Assembly (NCBI RefSeq): GCF_018977255.1
Contig: NW_024704742.1
Location: 44,518,001 to 44,582,000, forward strand
From: Callorhinchus milii
Taxonomy: Eukaryota
Length of the DNA stretch: 64,000 bases
Reading direction: 5' to 3'
Shown: positions 25,640-39,275 of the stretch, in pieces
Numbering within the stretch: the first letter of the stretch is position 1
How the letters are laid out: the number at the start of each line of letters is the position of its first letter
Translations under genes and position numbers: made by a program
Notes under the pieces: model-generated
Database searches by the model: none
Told to the model about the DNA's origin: nothing
What the model saw: the letters and a program-made list of their open reading frames with translations, nothing else

Positions 25640-27100
25640 GCAACATCCACTGTTCTCACCCCCTTAAAAACAGCTGTCATCACCCCTATCCTAAAAAAAC
25701 CTTCGCTGGATCCATCCCTGTTCATTAACTACTGCTCCATCTCTAACCTCCCTTTCCTTTCCAAGGTCCAGCTTCACTCCTTCCTCTCCTGCCACTCCCT
25801 TTATGAAACCCTTCACAAGATGGAAACAGCCCTGGTCAAGGTGACAAATTACATACTGTCCATCTGTGACCAGGGCTCCCTCTGTCTCCTCATCCTCCTC
25901 GACCTCTCTGCCGTCTTTGACATTGTGGACCACTCTATCCTCCTCCACTGCCTCTCCTCTCACCTCAACCTTCAAGGTTCTGTCCTTGAATGGTTCAGAT
26001 CTTCACACTGCCTCCACTTAGTCTCCAGAAATGGCTTCTCCTCCAGCCCCCGCATTATCTCATCCGGTGTTCCTCAGGGCTCTGTCCTCGGTCCCCTCCT
26101 CTTCAACCTACATATGCTTTCTCTTGGATATCTCCGCAGACATGGGGTCAACTTCCACATGTACACAGATGGTACCCAGCTCTATCTCTCTGCCTTCACC
26201 CTCGACCCCAGGACCACTATATCCACAACTGCCTGTCAGACATCAAGTCCTGGATAACAGCCAACTTTCTACAGTTGAACGTCAGCAAGACTGAGGCTCT
26301 CCTGATTGGCTCCTCACGCACCTCAGGCACTAGCAGCATCAGCATCCATGGATGCACACTCCACCTCGCCAAACCAGTCAGGAACCTAGGCATCTTGTTT
26401 GACCCTCAACTGTCCTTTCTTCCCCACATTCGTGCCATGATCCACTCTGCCTTTCCCCAGCTCCGCAACATTGCCTGACTCTGCCACTGCCTCAGGCCGC
26501 TGAAATGCTCATACATGCTTTCATTACAACCAGGCCTTGACTATGCCAATGCCCTGATTGTCGGCCTTTCCAACTCTTTCCTCCACAAGCTGCAAATCAT
26601 TCAGAACTCTGCAGCTTGTGTCCTCTCCCACACCAGGCTCCGTGACCCCATCACACCCACCCTCCCCTGGCTCCACTGGCTCTCCGTCCCTCAGAGGATT
26701 GAGTTAAAAATTCTCATGCTCACCTGCCCCATCCTACCTCTCCAACCTGCTGACCCCTTATCAATTTGTCTGCTCCCTCCGCTCAGCAGGCTCCGTCCTT
26801 CTCCATATCCACTGCCCAGCCCTGCCCGCCCCACCATCGGCGGTCGGGCCTTCAGCCTCTCTAACCCCACTCTCTGGAACTCCATCCCACATTCCCTTTG
26901 CTTTGCTCCTTCCATTGCCTCCTTCAAGGTACGCCTCAAGACCCTCCTCTTCAACCGTTCCTCTGGCCACCCTCCTACCCACTCTGTTCTCTACCCTCCC
27001 TGATCCTAACCTGCACCCCGCTCGGGTCCTAATCCCTCACTGTTCAGCACTTAGGGACATCCTCCCGACGTGAAAGGCTCTTTACAAGTATAATGTATTG
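25640..27100 (+). mobile_element. L2 LINE, 5'-truncated, RT through 3' tail (most complete L2 copy)
   Basis: ORFs 25601..26257 ([23 protein letters not shown]), 25990..26478 (FLQLNVSKTE, RNLGILFD), 26515..27003 (LDYANA, LHWL, LWNSIP); frameshifted. Confidence 0.95.
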
Positions 27101-30100
27101 TATCCAGACTTTAGCTGACAACGCCCACAAAGGACTGCGTCGATGTTGCAATGTGCCACACTCTGCCCCCTTCCAATAGCTACATCCATCTGGTAGGACT
27201 GACTGAGGTTGCCAAAACACAAAGCAATTGCTTTCTTAAAAATGATTTTTAGTGCATGGTTCAGTAATAACATACTGTATGAAGAGAGTGCATGCTGGGA
27301 ACCAGTGGAATGATGAGAATAAACAACCTGGGCTGGTGCTGGTGCAGCACACACGAGGTGAGTTGTGTGGTTCGTGCCACTTAATTTTTATAATCGATTG
27401 CTCACTGATGTGCATCCTCCACGTGATCGAGGAACGCATGCAAACTCCATAAACTTTGATGCACAGTATTATTTGGCAGTATCTATAATCTACCCAAAGT
27501 GCATGTTTTGGACTACAATTAATGCAATCTTCCATAGAAATTTTGTTTCAATGCAATCCTGGAATGACAATGATTGCTATCATTTTACACATTTCTCTAG
27601 TTTTGCCATGGAATTCTTAGCATAACGCATTTAATTAATTAATCCTTACATTTGGTGTAGCCCCTTTCGCGTCAAGAGAGCATCTCAAAGTACTTCAGAG
27701 GAATTACTGTAAACAACAAACATCAGCGAATTACGTTTGTATAGCATCTTTCATGGCGAGAGGATGACCCAAGCGTAGTCGTGACTGTGTAACTTGTGGT
27801 CGTCATGAATTTATTCATCATGAGTAAAAACTGTGCATATTCAAAATAATATTTTAGAGGTTTAAAAAGTTATTCCAAGCAGCTCATGGATATCTGAACT
27901 AGATACTCCAACATTTCCATACATGCTCTGTATTGAATTGCAAAATTCTAAAACAAAATGAAAATGGATTTTTTTGAATAATCTGAGAATTATTTGTAGC
28001 TTAAATTATTAAATCTAAAGGAGGATAAAGAAAGATTGCTTCACTGACATGGAGTTTGCTTTAGCCTGAGTGGAATAATTTATAAAAACACTGTTGCACG
28101 ACTTGCCCTTAAATCATTATTTTTATTTCATGCACAACATAGTGAAGGAATAGTAATGAATTTCTTGCATAACATGTTGTCTCTTTATTTTTTTTCTTGA
28201 GTTTGTTGCAGCAAAATCGTGTAGGGAATTGGAAATTGAAAATTTGCCAGCACGATACCTGCTCAGGGAGCCCTGCGCTAGAACTGTGGTTTATCACTGT
28301 GCTGAAACAACTTCCCACAAGGAAAGCCAGGGGTCAGTAGCAGTACACTGAAGGCTGAAATAATCTGCATTCTCAGCAGAACTTTTAACGTTGAGCATTT
28401 TTGCCAGAATTCTAGCAAAATCCAAATGCACTAAAGCTGAAGTATCTTTCTTTAGCAGAGCCATAAAGTGTTAAAACTGGGGTAGGCAGATCTTTTTATT
28501 TCACTGTCATTTCATCATTTCTTTCAATTATGTTCACCCACAAATGGAAAACAAGAACATTCTGCACTGGCGACAGTAAATGCAAATGAAAAGTTAAGAA
28601 TCTGCTATGACAACTCACTGCGCGTGTAATTCAACAACTTGAATCAAATATTGTGGGCATTGTGAATTATGCTTACTGACAATTATACCGGTAAACAACA
28701 GTTACAATCATATTGCTGCGATGCATATAAATGTGACTACACTGATAACTATAGTCTACCCTGGTAAATAGTTGTCTCTGTTGCTTATTATTTAATGATT
28801 TAAATGTAATAATATTTTAAGACATTAATTGTGTTTTTCAGGCATAATTGGCCAGTTCACATTCCCGATTCTGCAGCTTCTACATTTAGCACAATGTTAA
28901 TCATTCATTTAAGGCTGAATGCTACTAGTGCAGCACACTGTTTGCCAAATGGCAATGAAACCGTATAATCCGTATTCTGTTCCTGTAAGGGATGTGTTTC
29001 TTTCTTGTTTAAATATATTAAAGGATTTCCAAATGGCAAATGTGGAGACTGTTCTGTCATTACTTGGTTTGGAAGAAAACAATGTAGCTCTCCAAGTGCT
29101 GAGTTCCATAATCTGCGTCATAGCACATAAGCACAGGCCAGTCATTCGTCATAATTAGGCAATGTATTTCAGGGGACGGAGTAATTATTTTCAAATTTGG
29201 GTTTAAAAAAATAGTGAAATCTGCAGTGAAACAGTTTTCTGCTTTGCAAGCTTTCTCAAGATCAAAAAAGAAACCATGTTCTTAAATTGAATATGTGGGT
29301 TTAACCCAAGGTTCAATAACTCCTGTCATTAATCAATGTCTACCACCACCCTTCGAGCATAGAACATCCAATGTAGAATTACTTTATTCACAATTTGAGA
29401 TAACTCACACTTATTTATTACCACATCTGAATAATACATGGAAATTAAGTGCTTATATATTTCTAAACTACGGCAATTGTACCAGTTAGTTCTTTATTCA
29501 GATAATTACTAGCGAATAATAATTGCTATAATCTTAAAACTCAGAAACAGTCTAAAAAAGATTCCTAACTGCTAAAAATAAAACATCCAATAAAAGAGTT
29601 ATTTTGTCTGTTTACTGTTTGACTCCTTTACCTTTTATTCTTGGATTTTCTGACCACTTGTTCAACTTTTGTTTTCCTTTTAGCCCAAAATGTACTTAAT
29701 TCAGTCTTCGAGCTTTTGCAAGGGCTTCAATTTACTGGTGTTTCTTGGGTAATTTGTTTTTCTGCCTCTTTACTTGTTTTTCTTTCTGTCATAGCTTTTG
29801 CCTTACCCTGCTGCCCTGCTACTTGCTCTTTTTCCAATCCACTCTGTGTTTTGTCACCATCTATCCTGATATTTCTTTTTGTGTCTCTGATTTGTTAGCA
29901 AGGCTCAGACCCCTACTGCTATTATCTGACTCCTGCTGGATTGTTTTGTGAATTAATTGAATGACTTATTTATTTACCCAGATGCAGTGTTATCTATGTG
30001 CTTCACTCTTCTTCCAGTCTTAGGCTATCTTGTATTCCCCCATTTACAGTCTCTGTAAAGCACTCCGAGATGTTGCCCTACATTCAGAGCACCATATAAA

Positions 30101-31369
30101 TACAAGTTGCTGATGCAGTTATTGCTAGGTTCTCACACCTTCTAATGTTTACTCTGCTTCTCTCTTTTTACATATGTTTACAATCACCCATTTTTGTATT
30201 TATCAGGGAGCAACACATCCGTGCCTAACCTTAACCCAATTGCCATACATGGTAAAGGGAGCTGAAGAGGGATAAGAAGCAGGAAGATTTTTAACCAGCG
30301 AGCTCTTGGTCCGTAACCTGTAGTTTTATTTACTACACCATCCAAACTGCCCCCAATGGTTTCTAATTGGCTAAAGCATTGGCACAATTTTTGGAGCCTT
30401 TCAGGGACAAGAACTCGAAAATCATAATCTTTCTGCTTTAAGGTTTTGGCTTAAACATTTTCAGATACCACCATCCAAACCACAGCTATGTTCCTGTAAG
30501 CAAATCTCAACCCGATTTGAATGAAAAATGCAGCATCTGCTATTTTTTTTCCTGCTTGATTTTGATAATGAAGGCATATGGGAGTATTAACATGAACATG
30601 AGATAAATGTATCAAATGCACAACAGATTCCTGTCTGATCACATTTGTAACAGGCTATTTCTGCTCTGGATCCTTCAACCTCTGGTTTTGTAAAGTGCAG
30701 CAGATGTTTTTCTTTATAGAGCTTTAAAATAGGTGTCCCACTCTGATCATAACAGCTTGTTTTGGTTGGCATAATAATACTTTTGTATTTGATATTTCTG
30801 TGTCACTGCTATGTGATGATAAGACTGAGATATGTAATTCCCTGAGCTTCATTGCTCCTGAACACAACCAGGGCATTAAGGGTGGCAGTAGGTGGAGGCT
30901 TGGCAGTGCTTCACAGGGAGGAAAAACAATGGTAACAGACCATCCACATGTGCCTCTTACAGTCATAGACTCATGAAAGGCACTGCAGCAAGTTGCCTGC
31001 TCAACATCTTGGAAAGGAACTGAAGGGCACTAAGTAAGTGTAAGCTATTGTTGTTGTTGTCCCGGAGAGACCTAACCAAAGGAAGACAGGCTATTGTATA
31101 TATTAATGTGCACACTTTGCCTGTGGTAATTATGCCTCTAAAAATTGCCCATTTTGTGAGGTTTAAGGCTTTGTGATTTTTATTGCCTGAAAAATGCCAA
31201 ATGACAATTTCAAGTTTTGTTGGGTTGATGTGAAGCCCAACAAAAGGCAAAATCATGTGGGCATTGTTGATGGCACTGCAAGTATCTCAATACTAAGGAA
31301 GCATTTATTAGACACTTCTCCACACACAGCCATGCTTCTCTATCTTTGTCTTAAGTACCGTAATAGAGA

Positions 31370-32300
31370 ATACAGCACAGAAAGTGACCATCTAGCCTAA
31401 AGCATAGAATTACATAGAACATTAAAGCAGATGGAAATAGGCCAATTGGTCCATTTGGTCCAACTGGTTTGTATATATATTATATTCTACAAGAGCCTCC
31501 GCCTCTTATAATTCCCTCTGCCATACCCCTTCATTCCCTTCTAAATAATAATAATAGCCTTTATATTTGATATAGCACATTTTACATCGGAAGGACGTCT
31601 CAAAGCACTTCACAGGATGTACTGTAAAGTGGAGTGATCAAGCATCGAGCTCCCCTTTAAATACATTGATGTTTTCTGTATTCATTTCATGGTCTTCACA
31701 GAAGTTTTAATTTGTGATTTTTGAGAGTCTACAAAAAATCAACTTAAGGATAATACTGAAGGTCCTCCCTCTAGTACCTTACCTGAAAGTCCTTCGTCTG
31801 GTACTAACTCTTCTATCATGATATTTAATAGTAGTTTGAATGAACGTTTAGATTATTCCAAAATTAAACAATAGAGCCATAGAAATTTATGGCACAGAAA
31901 TAGCTCACTTGGCCCATCGTGTCTTTGTCGATTCCCTCATGAACAATCCTTTCAGTCCCATTTAACTGCCTTTTCTCCATACCTCTGCAGATGTTAGTTT
32001 AAGATAGTTCCCTCTTGAAACCCAGGATGGATTCTACCTCAACCATTGCTCCCGGCAGAGCATTCTATTTCATAATTACTCTGTTTACAAAAAATTGTTC
32101 CTAAACTCTCTATTTGCTCTTTTACTAACTATCTTAAATTGATGTCCTATAATTACTGACTCATGAACCAGTTAAGATATCTGAGCAAAATGTTTTATTT
32201 TGTGACATCCATTCTTAATGTATTTTTCACTTTATTTCTTCTGGTCCTGATTTCTTTAGTTTCGAGGTATTGATCTGGGTTTAACTTGTTTATACCAAAA
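31370..32300 (-). mobile_element. Several old CR1 3' fragments plus a SINE tail at ~31545-31635
   Basis: catagaa..cacagaa..ggcccatcgtgtct tails at ~31400 and ~31880. Confidence 0.6.
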
Positions 32301-34134
32301 ATATTTTAAAGTAGTTGAATGAGTTAACCTCCTTCGTCACCTCCTAGTGGATATCTATCGAGACTAATTAAACTTTTTGAATGTTGGAAATGCTGGAAAA
32401 AAAAGATGCGCAGAGAATCTTTAACATCTGAAAGAGAAAATGATACATTTACTTACTTTACTTACTTACCTTGGAAGGATTGCTGGTTCTATTCTGTTTT
32501 TTGATTGTGGTCCTGTGGTTAGCACAGGTGGAGATATTATTTTTGTCTCACAAGATGTTTGAAATCTTCAATGTACTGTAGATGGATTTGTTGCTCTGTT
32601 AGTGACTGTGATAATGTAGCTGCTTTGATGGTAATCCATATTGTTAGATATTGCTAATGGCTTTACAAATTTTACTTGCAGAATACCATATTCCGCCATG
32701 CTAAATGTGAATTATCCAATCTGTCCACAGTATAACTGAGGCATATTAGCAAATTAGTCATTTTTATTATAATACAGTCAGATTTAAGAAATCACTTATA
32801 AATTGTGTGTTATGTTTGATGTTTAAAGCTGCATTATCAATAGCCACATAGGAGTCTAATTTGTGACTTCCTGAAAGCTGGCAATGTGTGAAAAAAGGGT
32901 CAGAGAGTACAATTCTGTCTGGTAGCACATCAAATCTAGTTTGTAAATATTCCATTTTCCAGTTTCATCAAAAGGAATTGCAAAGCATGACCATGATCTT
33001 GTTTATCTTCATTCTAATCAACCATATTAAAATATATATTGAACCTGAAAAGTTTCCTAATTTGGACAATTATTTTTTAAATTATTCTAACATACAACAA
33101 GAAATCTTCTTATAAGCATCAAGTATCCCACTAAGCCTATTTATCTGGTCTCCGGCAGTGATGTAAAAAAGTGGAAGAGATAAATCTAACCAGCTACTTG
33201 AAAGTCATCTACAATTTGCGCCTCAGTGTCAGTGACACACATTGAAGTGGTACTTCAAGAGAGTGCCTCATTTCACAGTTTCAGCCCCTAATTGGTAGCC
33301 ATAATGGTTTTCAGTTCTGCAGGACTAAATGATTTCAAGGACTTAAGAAATAGAGGATTGTTTCCAAATGGGAGGATTTAATTTTATGCTTCCAACCAGG
33401 ATAGAGTACAAACAAATTAGGCATTTTCATCCTCTGCGAGATGAAATCCATTAGGCCTCTGGTCCACTAGATTTTGTATATGACCTATGGGGGCTATTTT
33501 GGAGTCTGTAAGTGTTTGCATCATCAATGCTTGAAACTTCTTGAATGGGTTCATTAATTAACGGATGCTGAACAGCACAAGAAGAGCAAAATGAATGATT
33601 TAATGTCTGTAATTTGCCATAGATTATGATTTGAAAGATAAATAGCAACACTGTCAGATGCAAAATACTACAACGTGTAAAAGACAAATGTAGTGCTAAG
33701 TTACACAGACCAAAAATCGCAGGTCACTGATTAAGCTGAACTTTGCCATGATTGCTATTGCAGCTCTTGAATTAGGGAGGAGAAAATAACCAGAATTCCC
33801 ACGCCACACATTCTTATTTTAATGATGTGAAAGATAATTTTATAAATGAAATTTTATGTGTAGGCTTACATTTGAATTTGTCAGAACTCAGCTTGATTAT
33901 AACATAATAATAGCAATCCTTGCATTTGGTGCAGCATCTAAAACTCAAAGCTGGTCATAGGTATTTGCTGTAAAATATAGTGACTGTGTAGTTGTAGTGA
34001 ACATTGCAGCTGATTTGAGTGTAATGGCCCAAATTGCCACAAAGTGATTGACCAATTTATTTGAGGGATTGGTGGCCAGGCCACTAGGAAAAACTCAATT
34101 TTCTTTTTAAATAGTTTCATGGAATATTCAATGT

Positions 34135-35157
34135 CCACATCTCCTCCTGCATCTGCACCATCACATGTCACATTTCCCAGGGCTCTGTCCTCAGTCCTCT
34201 TCCTTTTAATTTCTACATGCTCTCGCTCGGCGATGTCATCTGCAGACACGGGGTTAACTTCCACACATATGTGGATGACACCCAAATCTAGCTCGCTGAT
34301 GCTATGCTTGATTCCAGGACTGCTGCTGTTCTGTCCGATTGCCTGTTGGACATCAAGTCCTGGATGAGAGCTAGCTTTCTCCAGTTGAATATCGACTAAA
34401 CAAAGGCTCCCCTGCTTGTCTCCCATCAGTATCTTCTCACGACAACTGCTGACAGAGTCAATCTACACCAATGCACACTCCATCTCACCAAACCAGTGGA
34501 ACCTCAGTGTTCTAATGTGTTCTCACCCATTCACATTCCCCCGCCTCGGTTAAATTGCCTGTCCCCGTCATTACTTCTTCCCTCAGGCCACCATACATTT
34601 GTCATGTCCATGCTACATTGCCGTTCGTCAGACTTCTGAACACTTCCGTCCACAAGCTGTAGACAATTCAGAACTCTGCAGCTAGTTTCCTCTCCTGTAA
34701 CAGGCTCCGCAAGCCTCTCACTCCCATCCTTGCCCGGCTTCGCTGGCTCCCCATCTCCCAGAAGGTTAAGTTCATCCTTGTCCTCACTTTTAAATCCCTC
34801 CAAGGTTCTTCCCACTCTACCTCTGCAACATTTTTAAACCCTAGAAACCCGCCCGCTCCTTCCACTCAACAGGCACTGGCCTGTTTCATGTTCCTTCCTC
34901 TACCTGCACCACCATCGGCAGTCGGACTTTCAGCAAATTTGCCCCATTCTCCTGAATTCCATGTAAGAGTCTTTTCACCTCATCCCTCCCCTTCCCTCCT
35001 TCAAGGTCTATCTATGACTTCAGTCATTTTTCCCGTCCCACCCACCTTAGCATCATGAATTCAACCCCCAGCTCAGGTGTAAACCCTTGATTGTCCAACC
35101 CACTGGGACATTCTGCCATCATGAAAGGCACTAAATCAATGCAATTAGTTGTTGTTG
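34135..35157 (+). mobile_element. L2 LINE, decayed RT to 3' tail
   Basis: cccagggctctgtcctc, tatgtggatgacacccaa (YVDDTQ), tail gaaaggcactaaatcaatgcaattagttgttgtt. Confidence 0.88.
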
Positions 35158-36160
35158 AAATGTATGGCATACTTATATTTGCACCACTACCTTTTAGGGA
35201 TGCAGCAGGCACAATTTTTGGAAGTAATGTTTTAAGACTGATTTAGAGAGTTTCTGCGTAAACCACTAAAATCTTTGTGGAAGAAAGAAAGGGCCTGCCT
35301 ATGGTTTCTAAAGCAAAAGTGTCATGGATTGTTTTCAGGAAGAGGATGTCTCTCTGACAATCTCACACAGAATCTGAAATGTGTAGTCTTCATGATAGAT
35401 TATGCTTTGAACTTCCTCTTTATTCTATTACACAAGGTCACTGCAGATACTCAGCAATGCTTTTAAATAACCATCGCCTCACTAAGTGAAGCTGATTGAC
35501 TCTCCAGCAATCTCATGATAGTTTTGACAAAGCTTTTCCAGACATCAGTGTAAGCAGAAGGAAATGCAAGTATTAAGGTCTATGGTCTATTAAGATGCTT
35601 TAAATAGTCATTATTAAAAAATAAAATCAGCATCATTCCAGTGGCTAGCACAATTTCCTTTGATAGTCATTTAAATTATATTCAAACAGTCATGTTTGCA
35701 ATATTCACAAACCATATTTGTTGCATTGACTCTGACATCTGGTTTGTGAAATTGGCAGCCAGCAAATTAAATGTCAGCAAAGTCCCCCTGAAAGGCTGGA
35801 AGCATAACTCTAACCATTTCCTGTCTGTGTTTTGTTCACCAACCTTTTGTTTGGACTACCTTAATTTCAATGATATTTAATTCCCTAAAGCATCGCCAAT
35901 GAGGAGTCATCTCACCTTGCTGTTAGGTTAACTTCAATGGGGAATGTGTGGAGACCTGGTTAAGTGCTTGCTATTATTTTTACTCCCAATTGGTGATAAA
36001 ATAAACCTTTAAACAAAGTGGGTGTAAAAGAGCAAATTGGGTTTATTTATGGCCTTGCTTAAAACAACAGCATGAGTCACCTTCTACATTCCTCTTTGCC
36101 TGTGTCGGGTATCAGTGCCAGGTACATTTTTGAAGTGCGCAAAATATAAATATATGACTA

Positions 36161-36231
36161 TAACCAGTGAGCTGTGTCCAGCTAAACTGTAACCAATGAA
36201 CTGTACCCAGTGAACTGTAACCAGTAAACTA
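36161..36231. repeat. 14-bp tandem repeat, ~5 copies (taaccagtgaactg)
   Basis: Units read directly: taaccagtgagctg, tgtccagctaaactg, taaccaatgaactg, tacccagtgaactg, taaccagtaaacta. Confidence 0.8.
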
Positions 36232-36649
36232 TATTATTGTTATTTGTAACTGACTTCAGTAAACCCAATCAAAACAGGGTGTTACCTACTGGTGATCCTG
36301 GAATAATTCATTAATTAAGTTAAGGAATGCTTTAAGGAATACCACACATTCTACCCCATTATTCTATGCTAGACTTGAAGTTAGAATGCTTGATATAAAC
36401 TAGGTAGTTGCTTGATATAAACTTGACCATGGACAAATGTGAGCTTTGCACTATAAAATTAAATAAAATTATAGCAAAATGCAATTGCTAAGTTTCTCCA
36501 ATGCATGTTCCTCTGAGAGGAGATAATCTGCCTTCCAACTTGTTCTTGCTTCTTGTTTTACATACTGATGTTGCTCTTTGCACAATAGATCTGATTAATG
36601 AAAGTTTAAATAGTTTGTGTTGCCAAAATTTGTAATCAGAATCAACTTG

Positions 36650-36845
36650 ACCTTTTGTTTTGCTTCCGTCAAAGTCTATCTCAAGATCTTCCTCTTTAAT
36701 CACTCTTTTGGACTTCTCCCTCCTCCCCTTACCCCCTTGACCTCACACTCTCAGGCCCCATCCCAGTTTGGGTCCAAACCCTGTCTCCTTGGGATGTCCC
36801 CGCGTACATGTAAGGATCTATATAAATATAAATTTGTAGTGTATT
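36650..36845 (+). mobile_element. L2 3' end
   Basis: KVYLKIFLFN motif in ORF 36617..36847 followed by L2 tail. Confidence 0.7.
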
Positions 36846-37879
36846 AGAAAGAAGTGTATGTGAATGTGTCTGGGTCCACACAACGATTATATTGTAATAA
36901 CTTACATTTTTTTTGGTCAGACATCTGTCTGACACATGCAGTAGACCATCCACATGCTTAAGAGTATTAAAAGCAGACTGAATGTTTGAAGTATGTATGC
37001 AACCTACAGTTGGAAATTTCCTTGTGACTGGAATGGAATATGTACTCCTTGAAAGGTTGCACCCTGCTTTCCTAATTCAGGAGAGTATTAGGTGTAGGAT
37101 GATGAGAGCTAAGGCTTGGGGACCAAAGAGCATGCATTGGGGTACTGCTGTAGTTTATATAATTACTGAGCCAGATGAAAAAGCACGGGTTATCTTGTGA
37201 ACAATAACTTCAAAACATGTTGATGGCTTGTCAATGACATCTTGGAATCCTTCCAAATATAGGTACAATATACTTATGAAATATATATTTGGCATGTCAA
37301 AAGTATGCTTCAACACCTCCACAGGTCAGGCTCCACTCTTCCTCATGCTCCATCAAAGTTCAACAAAATATTTGCAATGTGATGCATGTGACTCAACATT
37401 AGCATGCAGTGAGGATTTTCCTTTCCTATGGAAGCTGATAAAGTGTGGCAGTCCACTGATGGAGGTCACAGGCAAGCTGCAGCTAGGGCATTGAGGTGCA
37501 ATTTAATCCAGATACCCTTCTCCTAGTTAAAATACAGTTTAGCAATTCCAGACCAAATATCTTTTGATGAAATGTTGTGAACTGTTATTGGTGTGCTGGG
37601 CAAGTAGAATACAGGCAGGCATCATTTTAAAGCTTAGATGGATCCTAACATATACATTTATACCTGTATATTTAAAAAGTGTGTTACTGCACAACACCTT
37701 CTGCAAAGATTTATTGCCTATAATGTATTCATTCTGCAACATCTCACAACCTACCATTCCTATCTGGAATAGCCATTATTTGAAATTACCAGGAGAAAAC
37801 GGCACTGCATTTTTTCTACAAAAGGATATCTTCAGATTTTACTGCTTTTGCCATGTGTACACTGAATACATTGCTGTCA

Positions 37880-38165
37880 GTTTCTTATCATTTCAAAATA
37901 TACTAAAGTGTTTCAAAAGTACTTGTTGTCAAGTGTAGTGACCATGCAGGGAAACACAGCAGCTATTTTGCACCAGTAAAGTACTACAAACAGTCATGAG
38001 ATGAATGTTAAATTAATTTGCAAGGTTGCTGTCCTCTTTTGAGCAGTTTCTTGGAAATTTTTAACATCCTCCTCTTCAAACAGACAGGATTTTGTTTTAA
38101 CATCTTGTCAAAAAGATGCCATATCTGACAATGCAGTGTTTTCCCAGTACTGCAGGTGTCAGCCT
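37880..38165 (-). mobile_element. Old Deu-domain SINE
   Basis: Reverse-complement core: tttaacatcttgtcaaaaagatgcc..ctgacaatgcag. Confidence 0.6.
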
Positions 38166-38810
38166 GGCTCAGTTGGTAACAGTCTTGTTTGCAGTCAGAA
38201 GGTTAACCATAACCCAGAGGTGAGAGTGAGCCAACCTGACACTGTTATATTCAGTTTCATAAGCACTCTAATACTTTGTTCATTTAAAAGGTGAATTTCT
38301 TGGAAAAAGCAAATGTACTGCCAAATAAGCCTCCTGTGGTTTATCTGAAATCTACATACAACATTGGAATACAGCACAGCCATTGAAGTCTGAGTTATGG
38401 TGTTTCTTAATAGAAATTCCTTGATAAGGTATTGGAGTTGTTTAATGGTGCTTCTAGAGTTTGGACTTTGAACTCACATCCACTCTTATGCAATGTTAAG
38501 GGAATGCTGAATTGTTGGATATCCTTCGGATGAGACATTAAACTGAGGTCCCGACTGCATATTCAGATGGACGTTAAAGATTCCATAGCGCTATTTGAAT
38601 AGAGAAAAATGGTCCTCCTGGTGTCCTAGCTGGCAATCCCCCAGATAAAATTGGTCATTCACTTCATAGCTGTTTCTAGGACATTGTTGTGCTAAAATTG
38701 CTTGCCACATTCCCCTACAAAAAACGAGTCACTACACTTTACAGTGAACAAGGTTAAGCACTTTGAGGCGTCTTCCTGAGGCGATGTATCAAATGCAAGG
38801 ATTATTATTT
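38156..38810 (+). mobile_element. Deu-domain SINE split by a ~240-bp intervening segment
   Basis: Head gtgtcagcctggctcagttggtaac at 38156-38215; body resumes at ~38455 and ends in caaggattatt. Confidence 0.7.
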
Positions 38811-39099
38811 GTAATATTGTAAGGGAATCCTATAAAGAAATACTTCGTTTTGAATGTTTTAAATGTTTTAAATCTTTCATTGCATAACTCTGCTCTGGCT
38901 TCTGGGTGGCAATGTATCAGACTCCGCTCTGCTGCCTATCCTAAGTTTATCTAATTTCTGATGTTATTTGTGACTTGAAGCATGTGCTCTCGTGTCTTCC
39001 ACATTAGCTCTTGTGGATTGCACATGTACACATTGCAGCTTACAGATCTGCTACTTTAGCCTATATTGGTGCCATTCTTGTCTACTGGATAATCTTATA

Positions 39100-39275
39100 A
39101 TAATCCTCAGATTTGATATAGCGCTTTATCATGTATTCTAGATGTCTCAAATCACTTCACAGACTATACTATAAAGTGAATTTGAATGTATATTTGGGGG
39201 CGAAACATGGCAGCCAATTGCGCACAGCCGTGTCCCACAAACAGTCATGGATTGAAGTGACCAATTTTATTATTG
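39100..39275 (-). mobile_element. SINE 3' half
   Basis: ataataatcc..gatatagcgc..ggcagccaattgcgcacagc..tcccacaaacag. Confidence 0.8.

Noticed and set aside
30628..30652. Zinc-knuckle-like CYKCDQTG on the minus strand
   Set aside because: Lacks the His and final Cys spacing of CX2CX4HX4C, and no gag/pol context is visible.
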